Source of the DNA: Candidatus Peregrinibacteria bacterium
Lineage (GTDB): Bacteria; Patescibacteriota; Gracilibacteria; CAIRYL01
Direction: 5' to 3'
DNA length: 55,488 bases
Assembly: GCA_037138215.1 (NCBI GenBank)
Contig: JBAXIU010000002.1
Location: 1 to 55,488 of the forward strand
Shown here: in pieces, positions 28,191 through 37,391 of the stretch
How the letters are laid out: each line of letters begins with the position of its first letter
Position numbering within the stretch: position 1 is the first letter of the stretch
Program-made: the position numbers and the translations under genes
The notes under the pieces: generated by a model
Seen by the model: the letters and a program-made list of their open reading frames with translations, nothing else
The model's database searches: none
Told to the model about the DNA's origin: nothing

Positions 28191-29087
28191 TTATCCCTCA
28201 AAAGTCTCTTCAAATTCCTTTCGTTTTTGAGCTTCAGCAGTGGATAAAACCCGCTCCATGTCTCCCTTGTCGTTTACCAGCCCACAAATTTCATGAAAAA
28301 TCCCTTTCGCTCGCCCTTCAAGACTTGGGATACCCGCCCAAAGCCCACAAAGCCGGACCTTCCGAATAAATTCCACCTTGCTCTCTGGTGAAAGTTTTTC
28401 TGATTGAAGAAGGGTTTTGTCGATGTAGTGATGGTCTACCCACTGTTTTTCTAAAACTTTTTCTTTCCACAATTCCACCGCTTGCTCGTCGGTTTTAGGC
28501 GGGGCACCGGCGTTACTTTCCTCACTCGGCGGAAAGTTTTTGGTTTCTTTCACGAAATTTTTTATTTCCCCGATTTTTTGGAAATCATTTTTTTCCGGTT
28601 TTAGAATTTCTTCGCTTTCGGAAATTTTTTGCGAAAAACTTTTTTCTTTTTCTTTTTCTTTTTTAAGAAAGTTCGGTTCAGTTCGGTTCGGTTCAGTTCG
28701 GTTCGGTTCAGTTCGGTTCGGTTCTAGTTGGCTACACTTGCTATCACTTGCTATTTTTGGAATGGCTAAAATAGCGGTAGGCATTTCCTCTTTGCCTTTG
28801 CTATCGTTTGCCATTTCTTGGCTTTCTTCTGCCTTCCCCCATCTTTTTTGTGCTCCTATTTTTCCTAAATGAGATCTTTTTTCACAAAGATTTTTATACT
28901 CCTCTTCGTCTTTCAAAAATTGAGATTTAAGAATATCGAATACCAATTCTAACTCAAAAGGAAGTGCGACTTCTTCGCCATTGTGAAATTTCATGCAGGC
29001 ACGAAATAATTTTCCGAGCTGATCGTCGGAAAGTTTTTCAGAAAAACTCATTTTGTCCGGGTAAAAAAGTATGCCTGGTTTGATCAT
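28191..29087 (-). CDS. replication organiser / initiator-like protein containing in-frame iterons
   Basis: Start MIKPGILFYPDK is preceded by the TTAACCTCCC leader. The N-terminal domain SEKLSDDQLGKLFRACMKFHNGEEV resembles phage replisome-organiser N-domains. The centre carries an EPNRT x3.6 repeat. Confidence 0.5.
   Translation of the reverse strand: MIKPGILFYPDKMSFSEKLSDDQLGKLFRACMKFHNGEEVALPFELELVFDILKSQFLKDEEEYKNLCEKRSHLGKIGAQKRWGKAEESQEMANDSKGKEEMPTAILAIPKIASDSKCSQLEPNRTEPNRTEPNRTEPNFLKKEKEKEKSFSQKISESEEILKPEKNDFQKIGEIKNFVKETKNFPPSEESNAGAPPKTDEQAVELWKEKVLEKQWVDHHYIDKTLLQSEKLSPESKVEFIRKVRLCGLWAGIPSLEGRAKGIFHEICGLVNDKGDMERVLSTAEAQKRKEFEETFEG
28671..28725. repeat. tandem pentamer/15-mer array (GTTCG GTTCA ...; 11 pentamers) - candidate origin iterons
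   Basis: GTTCGGTTCAGTTCGGTTCGGTTCAGTTCGGTTCGGTTCAGTTCGGTTCGGTTCT. It is flanked on the left by an AT-rich tract (28632-28670) and on the right by CACTTGCTAT x2 (28735-28754). Confidence 0.8.
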
Positions 29088-29191
29088 AGAAGAAGAAAAA
29101 AGGGAGGTTAAAAAACTCAAGTGTGCCGACCCCCGAGAAACCTCCAAGAAACTCAGAGGTAGGCACGCCAGAATCTTTTCTGGGGGGAATA

Positions 29192-29563
29192 TTATTTTTT
29201 CGGAGCCGTAAAAATCCTTCTCACTTTGTCTCTCCAAATCTCAAAATCCTTCCAGTAGTAATTGTTAAGCTCAGGAAATGGGGAATGAATTCTTCCAATG
29301 CTTCCCCCAAAATTGAATATGATACCGGTATTGTCTTTGAGCTCAGAGAGCGTTGCCTTGTCTGTCTTGTGCAGATATTTGAATCTATTCTCATTTGCCT
29401 TTTGTGCTTTTTCTTCCCTCATCTCAATAGTTTTATTGCGATTGGATTGAGAGCGAGCACACACCTGGCACTTTCCGAATGTATTGTGTGTGTGCTCTGT
29501 TTTCCCACACACAACGCACGCATCGTATTTCATCGCCCATTTTCCGAGTGGTTTTATTGGCAT
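29192..29563 (-). CDS. zinc-finger hypothetical protein
   Basis: 123 aa with CVVCGK...CQVC near the N-terminus. Confidence 0.5.
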   Translation of the reverse strand: MPIKPLGKWAMKYDACVVCGKTEHTHNTFGKCQVCARSQSNRNKTIEMREEKAQKANENRFKYLHKTDKATLSELKDNTGIIFNFGGSIGRIHSPFPELNNYYWKDFEIWRDKVRRIFTAPKK

Positions 29564-29569
29564 AAAAAA

Positions 29570-29806
29570 TCAAATAAGTTTAAGAGAAAGAATCACCCAC
29601 CCTTCTTTAAGCCCGAGGCATGGGAGTGAGGAAAAAACAGAAAGAATCTCGAATTTTTGTTTATGAACAACCAAGGTTTCCGTATCATAAAATTCAAGGA
29701 TATCTCCCTTTTGGAAATTCCGGTCATTCCACCGGAGCTCAAAAGTTTTGTTTCCTGCTACGAGTTCTTCATAATAATTACGATGGATTTTTAGAGTATG
29801 AAGCAT
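29570..29806 (-). CDS. ASCH / DUF3850-like domain protein
   Basis: MLHTLKIHRNYYEELVAGNKTFELRWNDRNFQKGDILEFYD matches the DUF3850/ASCH pattern (H.LK...F..G.K.FE.R.NDR.F..GD). Confidence 0.7.
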   Translation of the reverse strand: MLHTLKIHRNYYEELVAGNKTFELRWNDRNFQKGDILEFYDTETLVVHKQKFEILSVFSSLPCLGLKEGWVILSLKLI

Positions 29807-29980
29807 AAAAAAGGGGGTAAGATTATTGAAAAAATATTGTCCACAGTGATTGAGCTACGGATAAAATAATGACAAAATAAAAATCACTATTTGTTATCTC
29901 TAGTTTAAAAACCCATTCGCAAAACTTTGTAAAAAGTCCGTTTATCAGGAAAAAAATAAAAAAATAGATAGTAAAATCAC

Positions 29981-30646
29981 TCATAAAGAAGAAAAAAAGA
30001 GTTCCAATTCCTTATTGCGTCGGATCACATTCCCCCTGAGAGGTGCGTAGTCAATCATCACCTCATACATTCCATCTCTGTCTCCCCACTGTACTGCGTG
30101 ATAAAAATCGTAATCTAGGAAGACGGGGTTATTTTTTGGCGTGTTGTACGCAAAGGATGCGAGTGCCACGAGCTGTTCATTATTGAGTTTTATGCTGAGT
30201 TGTTCATCGTTGAATCGTTTTTCTATTTTGGAGATAAGCGTTTTGCAAGTTTTTTGGAGGTGTTTCATGCTTTTTTCTCGTGTTACCGCCGGACCATTGC
30301 AGGTGGAGTATTGCCCGAATCCCACTACGCAACCGCGTCCGCTGGGGTCTGGGTATGGTTTGCTTCGGAACCCCTCAAAACCCGCTATAAACTGGGCGCA
30401 TTGTGACTCCACTTTTGCTCTTTTTGCGTTTGGTACCGTTACTCTGGAAGGGGTAGGTGTTGGAGTAACGACGGGGGCGCTGTTTTGTGGTAAAGGTAAT
30501 AATTCTTGCGCGGGGGTTGGGGAGGGCGTAATAAATACCGTCGCCTTTATACTTTCCGCAGGACACGCGGAATAAAAAAAAATGAAGAATATTGCGAGCG
30601 CCGATGAGATCAAAAGAACGATGATTTTTTTCGTGGTCTTAGTCAT
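29981..30646 (-). CDS. GH24-type lysozyme with N-terminal signal-anchor and Pro/Thr linker
   Basis: Start MTKTTKKIIVLLISSALAIFFIFF is a TM segment, followed by the linker TPSPTPAQ...TPTPTPS. The catalytic region is FIAGFEGFRSKPYPDPSGRGCVVGFGQ. Confidence 0.75.
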   Translation of the reverse strand: MTKTTKKIIVLLISSALAIFFIFFYSACPAESIKATVFITPSPTPAQELLPLPQNSAPVVTPTPTPSRVTVPNAKRAKVESQCAQFIAGFEGFRSKPYPDPSGRGCVVGFGQYSTCNGPAVTREKSMKHLQKTCKTLISKIEKRFNDEQLSIKLNNEQLVALASFAYNTPKNNPVFLDYDFYHAVQWGDRDGMYEVMIDYAPLRGNVIRRNKELELFFSSL

Positions 30647-30659
30647 AAAAAAAGTAAAA

Positions 30660-31073
30660 TTACAAAGAGTGCACGCAGGTTTTTTGCCCATAAATGGCGG
30701 CCACCATTGCGTCTGCACTATGCTCCGAAGCGATGTCAAAAAATTCCATCACCTCGTGCTTTTTCGCATTTCCTTTCCCCACTACCACCTTTCGCATGGT
30801 AGAATCTGGACGGTCAAAAAACGCTATTCCTCGCTCTTGGCATATCAGCTCTACAATTCCACCCATTGCCCCGTGAAACCGAATCACTTGGGAATTCCTC
30901 CCCATAGCTCGGCAGTTCACTACAATTTCTGGTTTTAAAAGGTCAAAGAGTGCTTTTATTTCTCCGGAAAATTCCAAGAGAGACGAGAATGTGTATTCTC
31001 CCCAATCGGGAACTTTCGCGTCATCAAAAGCCCATCCCCAATGCCGACCAAGATCGAGTCCCAGAACTTTCAT
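30660..31073 (-). CDS. RuvC-like Holliday junction resolvase
   Basis: MKVLGLDLGRHWGWAF at the N-terminus and HSADAMVAAIYG near the C-terminus match the RuvC-fold acidic motifs. Confidence 0.7.
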   Translation of the reverse strand: MKVLGLDLGRHWGWAFDDAKVPDWGEYTFSSLLEFSGEIKALFDLLKPEIVVNCRAMGRNSQVIRFHGAMGGIVELICQERGIAFFDRPDSTMRKVVVGKGNAKKHEVMEFFDIASEHSADAMVAAIYGQKTCVHSL

Positions 31074-31399
31074 GCGTTAATATGTAAATAAATATCATCT
31101 AAATATTCGGAAGGAATATTTCCCTGTTTTCTGTATTTTTTTGTTTTAGGGTCAATCCACATCGCCTTCTCCAGAGGATATTCCATCGCAGTATTAAATG
31201 CAGATATGGCTTTTTCTTTTGCTTTTTCTTGTTTCGATAACTCCTCATCCAACTCATCATTTTGTTTTCGCATACGGTAAAAAGTCTTCAGGATCATAAA
31301 TCCGGAGAAAAGGACAACCGCCAGTCCGAGCAATAGGATTTCCATAAAAAGGGGGTAAAAGAATGGAAGTGAGTCCGTAAGGATCTCTTCGCTCTCCAT
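31070..31399 (-). CDS. small membrane protein
   Basis: 109 aa with one TM segment (FMEILLLGLAVVLFSGFMIL) and a charged C-terminus. An ATGA overlap links it to the downstream gene. Confidence 0.5.
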   Translation of the reverse strand: MESEEILTDSLPFFYPLFMEILLLGLAVVLFSGFMILKTFYRMRKQNDELDEELSKQEKAKEKAISAFNTAMEYPLEKAMWIDPKTKKYRKQGNIPSEYLDDIYLHINA

Positions 31400-31438
31400 C
31401 CGTCTGCAGTAGATGGAGAGTAAGGAGACACTTAGGTG

Positions 31439-31621
31439 CTATAGTGTAAGATCGCAGTCTCGGTACGGAATGAGTTCCAGTTTTTTGCTATGTTGTTTTT
31501 TAGGAGCAATGATATATTCCACATCTGAATCGTTGACACGGTCTTCACACCATGTAATTTCTTCTGATTCGTCCCCATCTTCGTCGTACATTTGGAGATA
31601 TATTTTTTGAGGTATGTCCAT
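31439..31621 (-). CDS. small acidic hypothetical protein
   Basis: 60 aa. Its start lies 9 nt after the SbcDC stop. Confidence 0.4.
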   Translation of the reverse strand: MDIPQKIYLQMYDEDGDESEEITWCEDRVNDSDVEYIIAPKKQHSKKLELIPYRDCDLTL

Positions 31622-31630
31622 ACAAAAGGC

Positions 31631-34600
31631 TTAAATAATAGAAATCTTGGAAACTCCATCCCTCTTCTCCACAAAAATCTTCGTGTCAAACGCATCTTTT
31701 ATCTCGTCGATGTGCGTCACCGCCAACACCTTCTCAAACTCCTCACTCACCATCTGCACCGCAGAAATAAAGGCACTGCGTCCTTCGTCATCCAACGCCC
31801 CAAATCCTTCGTCAATAAGCAAGAAACGAACCTTCGTTCCTACTCTTCGGGCAAGGATTTTTGAGAGAGCAATCCGAATGGAAAAATTCACCCGAAAAGC
31901 CTCACCACCGGAAAACATCTCGTATTCCCGCTCTCCGATGTCGTCCTCCACAAAAATATCCAGCGTCTCAATTTGACTGCCTGAAATTTCCAAATCTTTC
32001 TTACTGCCCGATTTTTTCTCACGAAGAGAAGAGAACCGCACCTTCATCCGCCCCCCAGAAATCTTCTCTAAAACATCGTTCGCCTCCTTCTCAATCTCCG
32101 GCAAAACACTCTCAATAATCATCGCAGGCGCTCCTTTTTTTCCACACGCCTCCGCCAAAATATCGTATGCACTGCGCTCCGCAATGTCGCTTTTGTTCTT
32201 ATCCAAAAGCTCGGAAAGAGATGCTTTCTTGGATGCAATCTCTTCCAGCTTGTTTCTGTATACCGCAAAGGTTCCTTTTTTTCGGTTTATGGTATCCTCC
32301 AAAACCGTCAACGCATTGCGCAAAGACCGGATTTTCTCCGAGGTCTCTTCGTTCACCTCTGGCAATTCTTTTAGCTTTTGTTCTGCGTCGTCCAAAGATG
32401 ATAACGCCTTCAACTCCTCCGACAAAATTACCCCTTTTCTCATCGCAATTTCAGAAAGCCTCTGTCGGGATACTTCCACTTGCACCCATAAATCCGCTAC
32501 TTTCTTCGCCACTTCCATCTTCTCCGTCACCCCGTCCAGCATTCCTTGGGAGAATATGGGCACTTCACGAATCACGAGATTTTGGAGTTTCTCTTTTGCC
32601 TCTAAAACGGAAGAAGAAAGCCGTGCTAATTCTTCCTCCATGGATTTTTTCGCGGAAGATTCTTCTTGCATAGTTCGAGCAGAAACCTTGCCAAACTCTA
32701 CTCTCAACGCAGAAAGCTCCTCCTCAATATCTGCATGAGGACTCTTCTTTTGGTGCGGTTTTCCGGCTCCACAAGTGGGGCAATCCTCTCCTGCTTCTGC
32801 CTGCTTTACTTTCAACGCTTTTCCTCGGGTATTGATTCTTTCTTTTTCTACTCTTGCCCGCTCGTGTATTTCAGCAAGATTCTTTTCTCCCCTCTCTGTT
32901 ATGCGTCGGTTCTCTATGTCCGCAGTAGCAATCTTCTCTTCTAACGCTTTTTTGGTCGCAACGGCAGAGGCATTGTCTGCCTCCACTCTCAAAGCTCTCT
33001 CTTTCAAACCCTCTAGAGCCTTTTTTTCCGTCGCCATCTTTTCCAAAGTTTCCACTGCTTTCGCAATTTCGTTTTCTCTCTCTAAAAGCCCCTCCGCGTG
33101 TTCCTGTGCCTCTCCTAATTGCTCCTTCTCCGCCTTCATGCGTTCCAAAGATTCCTTTTCTCGCTTAATACGATTCTCATACTCGTCTTTCTTCACCTTT
33201 GTAACGGTAAAATCCTTCACCGATGCCTCCAATCCTTCAATTTCTGCCCGTTTATATCGAATCACCGCCGTATCTGCCTCAATTTCTTTCTCAAGTCGTT
33301 CTTTTTCGGTCTTTACTTCCTCCTCTTTCTCAATTTCCTGCTCTAATAATTCCTTTTTTGTTTCCACCACCGAGAGCGTCGTATCCAATATTTTCTTCTC
33401 TGCCTTTGCCTTTTCTTCCATTTCCCCCCAAATACTCAAAGAGAGAATTTCAGAAAGAACCTCTTTTCTCTCTGCCGGAGTACTCGCAGAAAACTTGTCG
33501 GCATTTCCTTGCCTCAAATACGCAGAGGACGCAAAAACATCCGCACTCATTCCCACCAGAGAAATAATGGCGTCCTGAGTCTCCTTCATCGTCGGAGCAG
33601 AAATACTCCTCCACTGCCCCGTTGCCCCGTCATTGCGAGGAACGAAGCAATCCACCCCTTCCCGCACATGAAGCTCCAGCATCCCATTCCCCCTCGAACC
33701 CCTCACACTCCTCTTCCTCAAAATGCGAAATACTTCAGTCCCCACCGCAAACTCAAAATTCACTTCCATATCCGTCTCCCCACTTCTCACGAGCTGATCA
33801 TCACTCTTTGCCCGAGATTCCCCCCAAATCCCCCAAATAATAGCCTCAATAATACTGCTTTTTCCAGCCCCATTTTCACCGGAAAGTACTGCCAAAGAGA
33901 ATTTTGAGAAGTCCAAAACAGTTTCTCCGTGGCTCGTAAAATTCTTCAGCGTCAACACTCTCGGAACAAATCCACCATGCCCAGAAGAAGTATTTCCGGA
34001 AGACGAGTTTTTCAAAAGATATCCCGCCTTCTCCAAAAGCATTTCCGTTTCTCCTTTTTTCAATTTCTTTTTCTCGGAGAATTTCTTCAAAATATCCAAA
34101 GGCTCCATCTCCTCAAAACACTCCATCCCCGTGCTTTCTTCTCGGTCGGTTCGTTCAATCTTCTTAATAATCTGATACCAATGAGGATTTTTCCCCGCAA
34201 TTTGTTTTTCCAAAGAAGAAATATTAAGGTTTTCCATCTCACTCTTTTTTCCGGTAACAACTAGCTTCACTACTGCATCGCAAATATCCGAAGGGAAATT
34301 GAGCTCGCCTTCTCCTGCCATAATGTCGTTTGCCGTCGTCTCCACGGTCAAAAACTTCCTCGCTCCGCTTCCTACAAACTCCCACTCTGCCCGCTTTCCT
34401 GCCTCAATTTCTGCCACCACAAACCCTTTCTCTTCTTTCTCCTCCCCAAAATCAATGCGCTCAGGGCTTCCAGAATATACAATATGGTTCTCCACGACCG
34501 TTTGGTGTCGGTGGATATGCCCAATCGCCGCATAACTCACCTTTGGGTCACAAAACGCCGTGTAAGGAATAACAATATCAGAACCGAGCATTATATCCCG

Positions 34601-35200
34601 TTCCGCCCCAAACTTCGCACCACTCACCGTTGCGTGGGCAACAATAATCAAAGGGAGTGACACATCCGCACTTGCCACCAACACTTCCAAAAGCTCCGCA
34701 CCAATGCGAGAAATTCTTTCATTTGCCTCTTCCTTGCTCAACCCCTCAAAATCTCCGTTCTCCATCGCAATACTCCGCGTAATCCAAGGGAGCGTTGCCA
34801 CTTGGATTCCATTGATAATAAGAAGCTCAGGACGAGAAGAAACTTTTACGAGATTCTCATCCGCCAAAATCTTGAATATCTCCAAACTGTTCGCTTTCCC
34901 CGAATCATTCGGCGTGTCATGGTTCCCCGTCACAATCAAAACGGGAATCTGGTGTGCCGTAAGCTCACGGATTCTCTTCGCAAATTCTCGTTGCTGGGTC
35001 ATGCTGGGGTTTCGGGTCTTAAAAGCATCTCCAGCAAAAACTACGAGATCCACTTTGTCAGAAACTGCCGTTTTTACAATGGTATCAATGGCGTGGCAGT
35101 AGTCAAGAAATCTGGTATTCATGCCCGTAGCAGGGTCAATATGCCCATACTTTTCGCCACTGCCGAAGTGTAAATCACCGAAATGGAGGATTTTTTTCAT
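31631..35200 (-). CDS. single-polypeptide SbcD(Mre11)-SbcC(Rad50) nuclease-ATPase fusion
   Basis: The N-terminal phosphoesterase motifs are GDLHFG, AGDAF, GNHD and GHIH. From about aa 420 the Rad50 features are Walker A GENGAGKS, a long coiled coil with a CPTCG zinc hook, signature FSGGE, Walker B LLIDEGFG and VTHI. Confidence 0.9.
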   Translation of the reverse strand: MKKILHFGDLHFGSGEKYGHIDPATGMNTRFLDYCHAIDTIVKTAVSDKVDLVVFAGDAFKTRNPSMTQQREFAKRIRELTAHQIPVLIVTGNHDTPNDSGKANSLEIFKILADENLVKVSSRPELLIINGIQVATLPWITRSIAMENGDFEGLSKEEANERISRIGAELLEVLVASADVSLPLIIVAHATVSGAKFGAERDIMLGSDIVIPYTAFCDPKVSYAAIGHIHRHQTVVENHIVYSGSPERIDFGEEKEEKGFVVAEIEAGKRAEWEFVGSGARKFLTVETTANDIMAGEGELNFPSDICDAVVKLVVTGKKSEMENLNISSLEKQIAGKNPHWYQIIKKIERTDREESTGMECFEEMEPLDILKKFSEKKKLKKGETEMLLEKAGYLLKNSSSGNTSSGHGGFVPRVLTLKNFTSHGETVLDFSKFSLAVLSGENGAGKSSIIEAIIWGIWGESRAKSDDQLVRSGETDMEVNFEFAVGTEVFRILRKRSVRGSRGNGMLELHVREGVDCFVPRNDGATGQWRSISAPTMKETQDAIISLVGMSADVFASSAYLRQGNADKFSASTPAERKEVLSEILSLSIWGEMEEKAKAEKKILDTTLSVVETKKELLEQEIEKEEEVKTEKERLEKEIEADTAVIRYKRAEIEGLEASVKDFTVTKVKKDEYENRIKREKESLERMKAEKEQLGEAQEHAEGLLERENEIAKAVETLEKMATEKKALEGLKERALRVEADNASAVATKKALEEKIATADIENRRITERGEKNLAEIHERARVEKERINTRGKALKVKQAEAGEDCPTCGAGKPHQKKSPHADIEEELSALRVEFGKVSARTMQEESSAKKSMEEELARLSSSVLEAKEKLQNLVIREVPIFSQGMLDGVTEKMEVAKKVADLWVQVEVSRQRLSEIAMRKGVILSEELKALSSLDDAEQKLKELPEVNEETSEKIRSLRNALTVLEDTINRKKGTFAVYRNKLEEIASKKASLSELLDKNKSDIAERSAYDILAEACGKKGAPAMIIESVLPEIEKEANDVLEKISGGRMKVRFSSLREKKSGSKKDLEISGSQIETLDIFVEDDIGEREYEMFSGGEAFRVNFSIRIALSKILARRVGTKVRFLLIDEGFGALDDEGRSAFISAVQMVSEEFEKVLAVTHIDEIKDAFDTKIFVEKRDGVSKISII

Positions 35201-35209
35201 TGGAGGAGG

Positions 35210-35878
35210 TTAAATTTCTTGTAATCGAAGAGCGTATCCTCTCAAATCAGAACGGTTCTCAATGACTTTCTGTACGAAAAATGAAGGTACAGAAGCGTAA
35301 AGTTTTACCGCACCGAAGGGGAATTCCGCCTTTTTTCCCGTTACATCAAAAATTATAGATTCTGAGGATTCTGTCTTTTTTTCTATTTCTTCCATGTAGT
35401 ATTTTATTTTTTCTTGCTGTGCTTTTATTTTTAACTCGTCCTCAGTTTCCAAAAGAGATGGACTTGTTTTTATTGCCTCAATCTCCCGCTCTGCTCGTTC
35501 AATACTGTCCCATAGGTTAGATGGATCATAATTCAGATATATTCTGTACGCTCTGTTTACATCACGAAAAGGGTATCGAATGGTAACTTGTAATTCCCAC
35601 TCGAACTCCTTATCCATGATAATTTTTTCAAGCTCAAACCCCTTATATCCAGCCCCCTTAAATATTGCATTCTGGACATGGTAATTCTGGCATGACATCC
35701 ATTCCAAAAAATTATAATTTTCCACTTCTGGAGATGGCATTCCTTCCATTATACCATTTTGATACCACTCTTCTTTTGATATTTTAGAAAAAATCTTCAC
35801 CATGTCGGTCGTCTGAAGTCCTACAAAAAGCCGTTCTGTTGATTTCAAATCCATAAAAAAAGAAGTAAAAAAACTCAT
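35210..35878 (-). CDS. hypothetical early protein
   Basis: 222 aa (alternative starts at 35890 and 35854). No recognisable motif. Confidence 0.5.
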   Translation of the reverse strand: MSFFTSFFMDLKSTERLFVGLQTTDMVKIFSKISKEEWYQNGIMEGMPSPEVENYNFLEWMSCQNYHVQNAIFKGAGYKGFELEKIIMDKEFEWELQVTIRYPFRDVNRAYRIYLNYDPSNLWDSIERAEREIEAIKTSPSLLETEDELKIKAQQEKIKYYMEEIEKKTESSESIIFDVTGKKAEFPFGAVKLYASVPSFFVQKVIENRSDLRGYALRLQEI

Positions 35879-35913
35879 TACTGCCCCCAAAAAGAGGCAG
35901 AATATGAACCGTT

Positions 35914-36087
35914 TTACGCCGCAGGATTCTCTGCGTTTGCTTGGTCGTAAATCGCCTTTGCTTGTGCGTAGGCATCGGAAACGGTCGCACCATACGACTT
36001 CACAGCAATGGTTACCTTTCCCGTTGCACTTCTTCCGATTTCAACGGAATGCGGGTTTAACTGTTCTGTCTGCTGTACTTCGGACAT
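35914..36087 (-). CDS. small hypothetical protein (57 aa, below ORF-track cutoff)
   Basis: The ATG at 36087 is preceded by the TTTTACCCC-T7 leader motif. The protein is MSEVQQTEQLNPHSVEIGRSATGKVTIAVKSYGATVSDAYAQAKAIYDQANAENPAA. It replaces the overlapping track ORF 35784..35993. Confidence 0.5.
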   Translation of the reverse strand: MSEVQQTEQLNPHSVEIGRSATGKVTIAVKSYGATVSDAYAQAKAIYDQANAENPAA

Positions 36088-36301
36088 AAAAAAAGGGGTA
36101 AAAGTGTAAAAAATCAGGAACTATCGAGGACAACCGAAGGTCAATAATTCCTGAAAGCAGAGCCTTTTAGCGACTTGCTCGGGTCGTGAGATTGGGATGC
36201 ATTCAGTTTTGCGACATGACCAGGTCGAAAAATTTGCTCACTACAAGCCAGTACCAAGTAGAAACCGCCACAAATTTGCAGGCTTCCCACATGGCAAAAA
36301 A

Positions 36302-37363
36302 TTAAAAATCAGGATTATCAAAAAGCACTTCCTCTTGCGGAGGAGTCTTTACAATTTGAAAGTTCGGTTTTGCCCCACACTTCGCATCGCAAAAATATGC
36401 TTCCCAATATTTCTTTGTTTCAGGATTTGTTCCAGATCTGAAAGTGGTACTACTTCCACAAGTCGCACAAACGGGATTCTCTGTTCCGTAAGGAGAAGTA
36501 TTTCGTACTTCCTCTTTCACGGGTTGCACGGGTGCAGGGGTTTCTTCTTCAACAATTTCAGGTGTTTCGTATTGAGCCTCATCTCCAAAATCCTCCACAA
36601 TCTCGGAATACTCTTTTTCTAAACCTTCTGACAAAGAGGATATTTCAGGAGCAGGAGTTTCAATAACTCCAACATTCGGAACCCTTGCCCCAAAAAGAGC
36701 ATCGTTATTTCCTAAAAACTTCTGGATCACCGCATGTTTTATTTCTGGGTCTGTAAAATCAGGAGAAAAAGAGACCACGGGAAAAACAAATGGTTTTGCA
36801 AGTTCCTCCGCGGTATACACATTTTTAATTCCCAAAAGAGACCGAATAACACGATTTTTCGCCTTACTTTCGCATAAAGGGATCTTGAATTTTCGAATTT
36901 GATTGTATTCTGCCATTTTTTTCTCTTCATCTTCTTTTTTTTGAAATTCTGTAGGAGAACTGATAGTAACCATTTTTCTTTGTGCACTGTCCCATACTTT
37001 TATTGGTTTGGAGAAGATTTCTGACTTAGTAACCTCCAAATCAAGTTCAGCAGTCTTTTTATCGCTCACCGTTTCTCCGCTCGCATTCGTCCAAAACCCT
37101 TCAACAATTACTTGCGCATAATGTTGACTAGAAATTATTTTTTCCGTCCTAAAAGTCATGCTGGCACCAATAGCAAGTTTTTCCAGCCCTACTTTGGTCA
37201 AAGCCAGTGCTTTACTCTGTTCGTAGACCTCTTTATCTTTCGGATCCCGAGAAATAAAAACTTGAGTAAGCCTTGCTTTACGAAATGGATCAATTTGTTG
37301 TTCTACTGCAAATGGTGCGCCGATGATATTTGCTTCCTTGTCTTGAATTACTGAGGTTGCCAT
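36302..37363 (-). CDS. early protein with C-terminal zinc ribbon; possible single-strand annealing/recombination protein
   Basis: 353 aa. CESKAKNRVIRSLLGIKNVY recalls the conserved helix of Rad52/Erf-type annealases. The C-terminus has CATCG...CDAKCG. It neighbours the nuclease and resolvase genes. The function is weakly supported. Confidence 0.35.
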   Translation of the reverse strand: MATSVIQDKEANIIGAPFAVEQQIDPFRKARLTQVFISRDPKDKEVYEQSKALALTKVGLEKLAIGASMTFRTEKIISSQHYAQVIVEGFWTNASGETVSDKKTAELDLEVTKSEIFSKPIKVWDSAQRKMVTISSPTEFQKKEDEEKKMAEYNQIRKFKIPLCESKAKNRVIRSLLGIKNVYTAEELAKPFVFPVVSFSPDFTDPEIKHAVIQKFLGNNDALFGARVPNVGVIETPAPEISSLSEGLEKEYSEIVEDFGDEAQYETPEIVEEETPAPVQPVKEEVRNTSPYGTENPVCATCGSSTTFRSGTNPETKKYWEAYFCDAKCGAKPNFQIVKTPPQEEVLFDNPDF

Positions 37364-37391
37364 AAAAAAAGGAGGTTAAAGAAAAAAACAA

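Noticed and set aside
28671-28725. CRISPR-like or satellite array
   Set aside because: The period is only 5/15 bp, there are no spacers, and it lies in frame within a CDS. I interpret it as iterons instead.
32775-33578. 267-aa + strand ORF, together with 32167..32738 and 33223..33907
   Set aside because: These are antisense shadows of the SbcC coiled-coil region. Antisense to the GAA/AAG-rich coding sequence, they give S/F/L-rich pseudo-proteins.
35784-35993. 69-aa minus-strand ORF
   Set aside because: It overlaps both neighbours. The alternative 57-aa ORF 35914..36087 fits the intergenic space and carries the conserved leader motif.
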